Shown: positions 6,611 to 13,807, numbered from the stretch's first letter. The stretch: DNA of 39,449 bases from Campylobacterales bacterium (GCA_029935075.1 JAOZKZ010000002.1:1-39449), one strand, 5' to 3'. The notes: generated by a model from the sequence alone, not told the origin. Numbers and translations: made by a program.

Positions 6611-7524
6611 AGCAATACCTCTGGGTAATCTTTTTGTATTTGTTTCATATTATTTTCCTTTATTTTTGTTTCTTCTTGGTTATATTTATTCTTGTAGTGG
6701 TATTTTTTGCTATATATTTCTCTTGCCTTATACATATAAAACAATGCCAAAGGGTTGTCTATATTAACCAGGTGTTCGTGGTGTACCAAAAATGTATTCC
6801 CTTTGAACATACCTTTGTAATCAGGTGCCTTATGATTATTAAGATATTCGATAAAAACATCACAAGAAATAAGTGCATTAAAGTATATCATTTTTTCGTT
6901 TTCTTTGGATTCTTTGGTTATGCCTTGATCGTATGAAATATTATCAAATTCATAAGTATTATTCATAATAACATCATAACATCTCTCGGTGTAGTTGTCA
7001 GAGCTTATGTTCTTTTGTTCTTTGTATTTATGGATTCTTTTCATGGTAAATACATTCTTATACATACTGGTCTTCAGGTATCTAAGGGTGTCTTTATCCT
7101 GGAATGTCCAGGCTTCCGTAAACGGAAAATAACTCCAGTATCTTGAGTTATTTAGGTCAAAATCTTTGGTTAGTTTTTCTGGCTTACCGTACTGAAAATT
7201 GACAAGCTGTATTTTCGTACTGAGGTCAATAGTATCTGATGTGCTTGTGCTTTGGATATAAATGTTTTGAGTAAAATCCTTGATGTCTTTGTTTAATACA
7301 TCTATATAATCTTGTGTTATATTATAAGCCTTGTCATAGTCCTCTTCGGTATAAAAATACACATCTATATCACTTGAGGTACTCTGTATGCCTTGGCTTT
7401 TCTGAACCTCGGTAAGCACAAACCCACCAGCCAGGAAAAAATCCACCTGTAAATCCTCAAAAAGAGATAAGACTTCCTTTGAAAACTTGGGGCTTATGTT
7501 GTATTTTATTGGTACATCTGGCAT
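6607..7524 (-). CDS. hypothetical protein with a possible nucleotidyltransferase-like GG...DxD signature, ending in YPEVLL
   Basis: FFLAGGFVLTEVQKSQGIQSTSSDIDVYF loosely fits the hG[GS]-x(n)-DhDh pattern, though the spacing is longer than typical. The C-terminus is ...IQKDYPEVLL. Confidence 0.6.
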   Translation of the reverse strand: MPDVPIKYNISPKFSKEVLSLFEDLQVDFFLAGGFVLTEVQKSQGIQSTSSDIDVYFYTEEDYDKAYNITQDYIDVLNKDIKDFTQNIYIQSTSTSDTIDLSTKIQLVNFQYGKPEKLTKDFDLNNSRYWSYFPFTEAWTFQDKDTLRYLKTSMYKNVFTMKRIHKYKEQKNISSDNYTERCYDVIMNNTYEFDNISYDQGITKESKENEKMIYFNALISCDVFIEYLNNHKAPDYKGMFKGNTFLVHHEHLVNIDNPLALFYMYKAREIYSKKYHYKNKYNQEETKIKENNMKQIQKDYPEVLL

Positions 7525-7533
7525 CTTCTCTCC

Positions 7534-7779
7534 TTATAGTAAAAACTCAGGGTAGTCTTCAATCCGCCCTTGGTAGTTGTTTTGGTAGTTGGTTTCATCC
7601 ATGTCATGGTCTATGTAAATATAGTAACTGTTTTCATCCACTGGGGGTGTCTGGTACATTATTACACAATGAAAGCCAGTATCTCTCTTTTCAAGCACCC
7701 AGTACACTTTGATGTTGTTTTGGTTTTCATACAGGATATCACCCTCCCTGAGTTCATGGAACTTTTTCATCTCTTTCAT
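7534..7779 (-). CDS. hypothetical early protein ending in YPEFLL
   Basis: ORF of 81 aa with C-terminus ...RIEDYPEFLL. Confidence 0.6.
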   Translation of the reverse strand: MKEMKKFHELREGDILYENQNNIKVYWVLEKRDTGFHCVIMYQTPPVDENSYYIYIDHDMDETNYQNNYQGRIEDYPEFLL

Positions 7780-8183
7780 AGAAAGTACTCTGGGTTATCA
7801 TTGACCATTTTGTTACACAACTCAGAAACACTCTCAGGGATACTCTTGTTTAACTGGGCTCTTAGTCTTTTCTCTCTTATTATGTACTCGTTTTTTAATA
7901 TATCAAGGCAAATGAGTTTTTGAATAAGGGCTTCCTTTTCGGTCTTATATACCCAAAATTCCCTGTCTGTATCGAGGAGTTCTTCAAGGTCTACAAAACG
8001 CACTTTTTCTTGTTTTTGTTTATAAGAAAGATTTTTGATATCGGTAGTAGCCACAGGGGAAGATACTCCATTAGTATACATAACAGCCCCATTTATCTCG
8101 TTGTCTACCATAGAGCATATAACAATATCCCTGAAAAATATAACACCACCCGACATCTTAGGTGGGTTCATTCCATAAAGCAC
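7776..8183 (-). CDS. hypothetical early protein ending in NPEYFL
   Basis: ORF of 135 aa with C-terminus ...VNDNPEYFL. Its start overlaps the MoxR stop, and its own stop overlaps the next gene's start. Confidence 0.6.
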   Translation of the reverse strand: MLYGMNPPKMSGGVIFFRDIVICSMVDNEINGAVMYTNGVSSPVATTDIKNLSYKQKQEKVRFVDLEELLDTDREFWVYKTEKEALIQKLICLDILKNEYIIREKRLRAQLNKSIPESVSELCNKMVNDNPEYFL

Positions 8184-9307
8184 TAAGAATCCTTATGCCA
8201 TGCCATCAACTCTGACAAAAACCAATGGTCAGGGGTGGCTTCCTTAAAACCATCGTAATAAAAAGCCTCTATTTCTTTTTTATCAGAATCTTTCCATGTC
8301 TTAAGAATCCCGGCTGCTACCTCGATGTTCAATGACACCACATAAACTGCTACCTCTTTGGCACTAACCGCACTATTCTCGGATAGGTGTTCCTTGAGCA
8401 TCTTTTCTGCCAGTTCAGTAGCAGAGATTACTTCCATCTTTTTGGTAATTTTAGAGAGCTTTTTAGCCATCTTTTTTTGCTGGTCTTTGGTGTCAATCTT
8501 TGAATCACCTATTGTATTAATGATATCTTCTACCGAGATTACATTGATATAGTTTCTCAGGTAATGGAAAAAAGAAGCACCTACTGTCTTCCCTACCTTG
8601 GATAAGATTAGTGTATTCAGCAAAGGTGAATCTTTTGGTGTCACCTTAAGAATCCTGGACAAAGACTCCCAGGCTCTTGGAGACGAGCCTTTTTCAGTAT
8701 CATCCTCAGGGTTGTATACCAATCTCTCTGGGTATTCTGCCAAAAAGTCAGTAATAACAGGGTTAAGTTCCTTTTCTCTTGCATATTTTAAGAACCCTTC
8801 TATAGATGCTTCTACATCAAGGGTAATAAAACGGTCTTCTAATGCCGCATCAAAATCCGAGGAATCGTACTCATCGGATGGGTTATCTGCTACTATGGTA
8901 AGTGTATTCAAGTCATCCAAAAAACCCAAAGAGTGCTCTTGAATTTTACCCTCAAGAACCATTTGAAGTGATGCCTGACGAATTGATAAGCTAGCTCTTC
9001 CTAGTTCATCCATGAATACTATTACATGTTTACCATCTTCGTTTGCTTTCTGAATTCTTTGAAGCCATACTGGTTTAGCCCATGTGGTGACTTTATCACC
9101 TCTGTGGTCTTCTGAAATGACAGGCATACCCATCAAGTCACTTTCATCCATTACCGTAAGTTGGAGGGTTTCGCACCAAAAACCCTCTTCTTCAGCAAAT
9201 TGCTTAACAATCTCAGTCTTACCTATACCGTGTGGTCCTATCATATGAACCGCATTTTGACTCTGGTGTGCTATCTTAAGTATATCTTTCATCTTTTCTA
9301 TTTTCAT
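8183..9307 (-). CDS. MoxR/AAA_5-class AAA+ ATPase
   Basis: It has Walker A MIGPHGIGKTE and Walker B HVIVFMDELGRA, followed by ...LEDRF. This pattern is MoxR/CbbQ/CobS-like rather than clamp-loader-like. Confidence 0.75.
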   Translation of the reverse strand: MKIEKMKDILKIAHQSQNAVHMIGPHGIGKTEIVKQFAEEEGFWCETLQLTVMDESDLMGMPVISEDHRGDKVTTWAKPVWLQRIQKANEDGKHVIVFMDELGRASLSIRQASLQMVLEGKIQEHSLGFLDDLNTLTIVADNPSDEYDSSDFDAALEDRFITLDVEASIEGFLKYAREKELNPVITDFLAEYPERLVYNPEDDTEKGSSPRAWESLSRILKVTPKDSPLLNTLILSKVGKTVGASFFHYLRNYINVISVEDIINTIGDSKIDTKDQQKKMAKKLSKITKKMEVISATELAEKMLKEHLSENSAVSAKEVAVYVVSLNIEVAAGILKTWKDSDKKEIEAFYYDGFKEATPDHWFLSELMAWHKDS

Positions 9308-9343
9308 TCGTTCTCCTTGGTTAGATTAAAGCCCCAGGGGCTC

Positions 9344-9383
9344 TCTCTTTTTATACCCTATTATACCACACCTTTGCTTAAAA
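9344..9383 (-). promoter_or_regulatory. early-class promoter/leader, 40-nt copy A (identical to 34099..34138)
   Basis: The sense strand reads TTTTAAGcaaaggtgTGGTATAATagggtataaaaagaga. A GCCCCtGGGGC hairpin follows, then AAGGAG before the MoxR ATG. Confidence 0.75.
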
Positions 9384-9388
9384 GCAGG

Positions 9389-9421
9389 TTAAAGATACCT
9401 TAAAGATACCTTAAAGAAACA
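9389..9421. repeat. tandem 11-mers ttaaagatacc x2 plus ttaaagaaaca
   Basis: The third unit is the real stop codon and last codons of ORF 9411..9647. The two perfect copies lie immediately downstream of it on the sense strand. Confidence 0.8.
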
Positions 9422-9647
9422 ACTCAGGGTTATTTTTTAACAGGTAGTTTACTATCTCTTTTTCGTCTTTTAGGTCAGGGATTTTATACACCACAGGGTA
9501 AGGAATATTTTCACTAACCCTCCCCCAATCTGTGACTTCGTAGCCCTTTGGGGTTTTTTTTAGGTAAGTATCTCTTTTGAAATCATTATACAGAATTTTC
9601 TCAAATCTGTATTTTAGGTCATGCCAACCAGTGTTAAAGTGTTCCAT
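9411..9647 (-). CDS. hypothetical early protein ending in NPELFL
   Basis: ORF of 78 aa with C-terminus ...LLKNNPELFL. Confidence 0.6.
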   Translation of the reverse strand: MEHFNTGWHDLKYRFEKILYNDFKRDTYLKKTPKGYEVTDWGRVSENIPYPVVYKIPDLKDEKEIVNYLLKNNPELFL

Positions 9648-9792
9648 TTTGATCCTTTTGAAAGTTTCTTTCTACATTTTTCCAGATTTGTTTGACCAAC
9701 TCGAGGCGTTTTCTTTGATAAAAAGTTATCAAATCCTGGTCTGTCTTGGGGTCTAGTCTGATGATTAAATCATCGAGTTCATTTAGGTTCAT
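9634..9792 (-). CDS. hypothetical small protein (52 aa, not in the ORF track)
   Basis: My own translation is MNLNELDDLIIRLDPKTDQDLITFYQRKRLELVKQIWKNVERNFQKDQNGTL*. It is preceded by AAGGAAAGGG and the promoter at 9819..9842. Confidence 0.5.
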   Translation of the reverse strand: MNLNELDDLIIRLDPKTDQDLITFYQRKRLELVKQIWKNVERNFQKDQNGTL

Positions 9793-9818
9793 TTTGTCCC
9801 TTTCCTTAAATATGTTAT

Positions 9819-9842
9819 ATTATACCATAAATTACCTTAAAA
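9819..9842 (-). promoter_or_regulatory. early-class promoter, TTTAAG-N11-TATAAT
   Basis: The sense strand reads TTTTAAGgtaatttaTGGTATAATataac. Confidence 0.65.
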
Positions 9843-9885
9843 GGACATAAAGATTTTAAACTAACCTGAAAAATTAATCCTAAAA

Positions 9886-10386
9886 TCAATCCCAGAGTGC
9901 TCGTATATTTGAACAACTTTTGGTGTATTCTTTACCTTCGTACTCCTCTGTGTATTCAGTAATCCCGAACAACAGTTTACCGAACTCTTCGTATTTTTTG
10001 TCTATCTCTTTATCTGATTCTACTGTACAGTGATCCTCTAGTTCTTCTATGTCTTTTAAGGTCTTCAAGAGCTTCAGGAGCAAAGCTTTTTCTTTTTGAT
10101 CATTCATGTAATGAGTATCCTTGCCCCAGTGCTCTTCCATGTCTTTCAGTTTAAATTCCAAAAGGTTCATAAAAAAAGCATAATCATACCATCGGTCATT
10201 CCATATTAGTTTTTTGTATCTCCATAGGTTACTAAACCCTGTTTTAAAAGAGTAAAAATTGCTCCTTAAATCACCAAAGAAGTAACTAATCTCAAATGAT
10301 ATTTTATCCAATAGGTCTTCATCGTCTTTAAGGCACATATATTTTTCTTGTGCTTGCTCTAGGTCTTTTAGGTCTGTTGTGTTCAT
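9886..10386 (-). CDS. hypothetical early protein
   Basis: ORF of 166 aa preceded by AAAAAGGAAC. No motif recognised. Confidence 0.6.
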   Translation of the reverse strand: MNTTDLKDLEQAQEKYMCLKDDEDLLDKISFEISYFFGDLRSNFYSFKTGFSNLWRYKKLIWNDRWYDYAFFMNLLEFKLKDMEEHWGKDTHYMNDQKEKALLLKLLKTLKDIEELEDHCTVESDKEIDKKYEEFGKLLFGITEYTEEYEGKEYTKSCSNIRALWD

Positions 10387-10397
10387 CTTGTTCCTTT

Positions 10398-10502
10398 TTA
10401 TAGATAGTATTCAGGGTGTGTATTTATATTCCCGAAGTATTCTTTTATATTCAAGCCGTGTTCTACATTAGAGCCTTTATGATTGAAAAAAGTAATATTA
10501 TA
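10398..10502 (-). pseudogene. start-less 3' remnant of a PE-tail family gene
   Basis: The frame is open for 34 codons, YNITFFNHKGSNVEHGLNIKEYFGNINTHPEYYL*. There is no ATG or GTG, only a TTG that would give 18 aa. An in-frame TGA lies immediately upstream, inside IR-R. Confidence 0.35.
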
Positions 10503-10551
10503 TCAAATCAACCCAGAAAACCACAGTGACTTGAGTCCTGTGGATGAATGG
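10497..10551 (-). repeat. IR-R, copy 2 of the 55-bp inverted repeat (terminator plus promoter, facing minus)
   Basis: It is the exact reverse complement of 1..55. The hairpin and T-run map to 10515..10543, and TGATATAAT maps to 10497..10505. Confidence 0.9.
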
Positions 10552-10583
10552 GTTCAAGTAAACTTAGGGTAAACTTAAGGTTA

Positions 10584-10606
10584 ATTTAAGTTTGTTTTGG
10601 TATAAT
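10584..10606 (+). promoter_or_regulatory. early-class promoter on the plus strand with no ORF behind it
   Basis: The sequence aTTTAAGtttgttttGGTATAATagacc has the same box and spacing (N10) as the minus-strand early promoters. Confidence 0.55.
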
Positions 10607-10745
10607 AGACCTGTAGCAAATAAAAATAACCCAGAACGAAAACCAAGTCAGTGGTTAGTTTGCTACATTGTTAAACCACCGGATCGGTGGGGTTAGCCTG
10701 AATTTAAGCAGAACCGTATACATTTAGTTTAGGCTAAGTATACGA
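10607..10745 (+). ncRNA. candidate structured non-coding transcript (or origin transcript)
   Basis: Helices readable by eye are 10612..10620 with 10659..10667 (9 bp), CCACCG-GAT-CGGTGG at 10676..10690, 10693..10699 with 10731..10737 (7 bp), and an interleaved 10715..10721 with 10738..10744 (7 bp, pseudoknot-like). There is no plausible ORF. Confidence 0.25.
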
Positions 10746-10978
10746 TACCTACTTGAAACAGCAGGAAAAATCAACTGTAAAGTTGAAACTACAGTGACTC
10801 TCCTTACGGAGTAAGAGTCCTGTAGCAGATCATATCCTTGATGTGACCACTGATAAGCAGCCGAATCTTTGCCGTCTATGGTGCCTTGGAATTTATACAG
10901 TTTATTCATATCAGTCCCTTCAGTAATATTTACTATTTTGTCGTTATATGTTTTGTATAGCCCTATCCTTAAATCCAT
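10724..10978 (-). CDS. hypothetical early protein
   Basis: ORF of 84 aa preceded by AAGGAAAGAA and the promoter at 10997..11020. Its 3' third contains the hairpin at 10789..10825. Confidence 0.5.
   Translation of the reverse strand: MDLRIGLYKTYNDKIVNITEGTDMNKLYKFQGTIDGKDSAAYQWSHQGYDLLQDSYSVRRVTVVSTLQLIFPAVSSRYRILSLN
10789..10825. repeat. degenerate third copy of the IR stem-loop
   Basis: CTACAGTGACTctccttacggagtaaGAGTCCTGTAG compares with CCACAGTGACTTGAGTCCTGTGG in IR-R. It forms a longer interrupted hairpin. Confidence 0.5.
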
Positions 10979-10996
10979 TTCTTTCCTTTATGTGTC

Positions 10997-11020
10997 ATTA
11001 TACCACAACTTTCCTTAAAA
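10997..11020 (-). promoter_or_regulatory. early-class promoter, TTTAAG-N11-TATAAT
   Basis: The sense strand reads TTTTTAAGgaaagttgTGGTATAATgacac. Confidence 0.65.
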
Positions 11021-11038
11021 AGACCTTTAAAAAGGCTT

Positions 11039-11046
11039 TATAAATA
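11039..11046 (+). promoter_or_regulatory. T4-type late promoter TATAAATA
   Basis: An exact TATAAATA lies 22 nt before the ATG of the capsid gene. Confidence 0.65.
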
Positions 11047-11068
11047 AAGAAAAAGCTAAGGGAATAAA

Positions 11069-12244
11069 ATGGCAGATAAGTTATTATACGAAAATTTGTT
11101 GAATGAAGAACAAGGATTCGATGGACAAACATCAGGAACGATAGGAACGACAGTCTCATCTAATGCAGAAGGCTCAACATCAACCACAGATATAGCACAA
11201 ACAGCACCAAAGATTGGGTTTGCTCACTCTGTGGCTTCTAAAACACTCCCTGCGGTACTGGGATATGTTCAGCCTATGTCCAGTCCATCAGGGTTTGTTT
11301 TCGCCATGAAAAGAGGTCCTGCGGTAAATCAAACCACGGATATGCCTTTTTTGGATGATGGTACAGGCACCCCAGAATCAGGCACAGCAGGGTCAGAAGA
11401 CCTACAGATCACCAGAACATCCGTGAATACTAGTATAAGAGAAGTCTTGATTGACTGTACCAATGAACTAACCCAGGATATTCAGAGCCTTTTTGGTCAA
11501 GACTTCAATAAACTAATGCAGGTTTATTTGTATTATGATGGTACCGATATAGACATGATTGATCCATTCGAGACCAATACACTTGATGACAAAGAATCAA
11601 CAGACCTTAGGTTAAGTAAATTCTTTATCGAATACGCCACATGGAGAATGTCAAGAAAAACTAACCAGGATTTTGTCACATGGGCACAAGGAATAGCCTC
11701 TGATTTGGGTACGGTTACTATAACCGATACAGCCAATTTAAAAGACCTTAGACTAGCAGTAGCAGAAATGAAGGCAAGTGTATACAAAAATACAGGAAAA
11801 ACAGGCAGAACATGGGTCTTGGCATCGCCAGAAAATATCAATTATTTACTAATGACATCAAGCACATGCTCCCCTGATAATAAGGTAATGAGAAAAGGCA
11901 AAAGAATAGCCAGGTCAGAAGACTATAACTATGTATTTAGTTGTGGTGAGACTGATTACTACCAGGACTCTAATATCACTGATGACATGTATGTAGGGCT
12001 TAGTGGTCAAGCTGGGGTTTCTAGTCTTTTTTATACTCCTTATAAAGAATATTTTGTCCAGGGTGGTGAAGACTACTATACAGGGCAGAGTAATATCTGG
12101 TTTAGACTAAGGGACGACTGGGTTACTAACCCTCTGGATAACTTCGGTGGTGTTAATGATTTAGGTACCCCTGTGGTAGGAACAGGGTCTGATTATATAG
12201 TCAAAGCAATAGTAGATATTACAGCGGTTCCCGTACTGAGCTAA
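11069..12244 (+). CDS. gp23: gp23-like major capsid protein
   Basis: LPAVLGYVQPMSSPSGFVFAMKRG parallels T4 gp23 IAFDICGVQPMNSPTGQVFALR. Also present are CTNELTQDIQSLFGQDF, GRTWVLASPENINYL and GVSSLFYTPY. Confidence 0.75.
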   Translation: MADKLLYENLLNEEQGFDGQTSGTIGTTVSSNAEGSTSTTDIAQTAPKIGFAHSVASKTLPAVLGYVQPMSSPSGFVFAMKRGPAVNQTTDMPFLDDGTGTPESGTAGSEDLQITRTSVNTSIREVLIDCTNELTQDIQSLFGQDFNKLMQVYLYYDGTDIDMIDPFETNTLDDKESTDLRLSKFFIEYATWRMSRKTNQDFVTWAQGIASDLGTVTITDTANLKDLRLAVAEMKASVYKNTGKTGRTWVLASPENINYLLMTSSTCSPDNKVMRKGKRIARSEDYNYVFSCGETDYYQDSNITDDMYVGLSGQAGVSSLFYTPYKEYFVQGGEDYYTGQSNIWFRLRDDWVTNPLDNFGGVNDLGTPVVGTGSDYIVKAIVDITAVPVLS

Positions 12245-12245
12245 G

Positions 12246-13169
12246 ATGCTTGACCTCTTAATAAATAATTCCCTGAATCTGACAGAGGGAACAGACCAGT
12301 ATGACATCTCTGGGGCGGATTTCTTCAATGGTCTGATAAAAGAGAACTATAACATCTCCTTGGGGTATCATATATGTGAGGTTTTTCCTTTAAATAGTCC
12401 TTACGGTGCTGTTTATGTATCGGAGAGAAACTCTGAAACAAATGATTTCAGGGTCATAAAAAAAGACATTCAGACCAAAACATCCACTCTAATGACAGGG
12501 TTTACTCAAGAAGTATACCAGGATATGGAGAAAATGTATCAAACCTCGCCAAAAAGAACCTCTGGCAAGGTCTTATCAGGGATAACAGCAAGAGAAGAGA
12601 ACCAGAGACTCTTGATGTTAATGGGCCTAGAGGCAGAAACAAAAGGAACATTAACGATACAAGATTCCAATAACCTTGAGAGTATTATCCTTCAATTATC
12701 AAGAAAAGTCTCAGAATCAGTCCTCGAGATGAACCAGGATACTTACAAAACACTGGATTCATTCTGTGTTCTTGACAGGAGATATGCTGCGGCTGTCCTG
12801 GGGTCTTTTAACTTCATGACCGAGGGTAAAGAGCGTTCTTTATTTGTAGGAAGGGTAGGAAGAACGGATTATTATATTAACCCTTTTCCTAATACCTCCT
12901 CTGAGTTCGATGATTCCTTTGATTACTCTTATGAGATAGAAGACACCCCCGTGCCTAATTATTGTTATGTGGGTCTGGTTCATGACACCCCAGGGGTAAG
13001 TAGCATAATTTTTGCTCCTTATAAGTACGAAAGACAATACATAACCGACCCTGGTACAGGGAATATAGTCTTGATTTTAAGAGACCGTTATGGGCTGGTA
13101 ATGAGCCCTCTGCATAAGCCCTTGGAGAACAGATCAATGTTACATAAGTTTATTATAGAAGGTGCCTGA
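12246..13169 (+). CDS. gp24: gp24-like capsid vertex protein (paralogue of the preceding gene)
   Basis: YHICEVFPLNSPYGAVYVS and YVGLVHDTPGVSSIIFAPYKY...LILRDRYGLVMSPL align with the corresponding motifs of 11069..12244. Confidence 0.55.
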   Translation: MLDLLINNSLNLTEGTDQYDISGADFFNGLIKENYNISLGYHICEVFPLNSPYGAVYVSERNSETNDFRVIKKDIQTKTSTLMTGFTQEVYQDMEKMYQTSPKRTSGKVLSGITAREENQRLLMLMGLEAETKGTLTIQDSNNLESIILQLSRKVSESVLEMNQDTYKTLDSFCVLDRRYAAAVLGSFNFMTEGKERSLFVGRVGRTDYYINPFPNTSSEFDDSFDYSYEIEDTPVPNYCYVGLVHDTPGVSSIIFAPYKYERQYITDPGTGNIVLILRDRYGLVMSPLHKPLENRSMLHKFIIEGA

Positions 13170-13741
13170 TGGCTTCAAGTAACCCCTTAAAAGACCAAAT
13201 TCTAACGCTGTTTCCTGATAATAACACCAAGGAAATATCAGCATCTGATATGAGGATATTTGTAAACACTATTTTTAACAGTAAAGAAGAACTGGTCACC
13301 AAGGTAGAAACAAAAGAGGATATCAAGGACAACAACTCCACGATTTTCTGGAACTCTGTAGTAATAATCTGGAACTCCTTGGAAGACAACGGGGTTTACC
13401 TAAGCAAGGCAAACAACCCTATCAGTATACTACAGCTTGAGAAAATAGCCGATATATCCTCGGAGAACCCTCATAGTCTAAGTGACCTTGGGGATTTTAT
13501 GGTTGATTTCTTACATGCCAAAAGCTATTCAGATGCGGAGTATTTTTATCAAAACGGTGATATCACCAAAACAGAACTAACCCAAGAAACAGTAAGAACC
13601 TATGATATTAATTATACCTATACCACAGGGGACATAACCCTGAGTAGTATTACAGAGCTTTTAACTGGAAATATAGTCCATATTTCTTTCGGCTACGATG
13701 GTGGTAATATCAGTACCAAGACTTATGTCATAGTGATATAA
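13169..13741 (+). CDS. fibre/decoration-like protein with the shared LFPDN..ISAxDMR N-module
   Basis: The N-terminus is ILTLFPDNNTKEISASDMRIFVNTIF (see the paralogue family). Confidence 0.6.
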   Translation: MASSNPLKDQILTLFPDNNTKEISASDMRIFVNTIFNSKEELVTKVETKEDIKDNNSTIFWNSVVIIWNSLEDNGVYLSKANNPISILQLEKIADISSENPHSLSDLGDFMVDFLHAKSYSDAEYFYQNGDITKTELTQETVRTYDINYTYTTGDITLSSITELLTGNIVHISFGYDGGNISTKTYVIVI

Positions 13742-13747
13742 GTCTTT

Positions 13748-13755
13748 TATAAATA
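13748..13755 (+). promoter_or_regulatory. T4-type late promoter TATAAATA
   Basis: An exact TATAAATA lies in the 66-nt gap before 13808. Confidence 0.6.
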
Positions 13756-13807
13756 AGTTATATTGAGAATACTCTTTATATTATAAAATTAAAACAAAGG
13801 GATAAAA

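Noticed and set aside
8183-9307. The AAA+ ORF considered as the gp44 clamp-loader large subunit, given that gp45 and a gp62-like gene are in the window
   Set aside because: The Walker A and B context and the overall pattern resemble MoxR/AAA_5. They do not resemble the RFC-like gp44 sequence as I recall it (SPSPGTGKTT ... DEFD ... SRC). The gene is also not adjacent to gp45 or gp62.
9161-9403. Two plus-strand ORFs (9161..9403 and 33694..34218) share the peptide IPYYTTPLLK, which looked like a conserved protein motif
   Set aside because: The shared peptide is simply the antisense translation of the duplicated 40-nt promoter/leader (9344..9383 and 34099..34138). Neither ORF is credible.
10535-10575. 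A GGGTTCAAG stretch resembling a tRNA T-arm
   Set aside because: There is no complementary T-stem 3' half, and no acceptor or anticodon stems can be drawn around it. I found no cloverleaf anywhere in the window.
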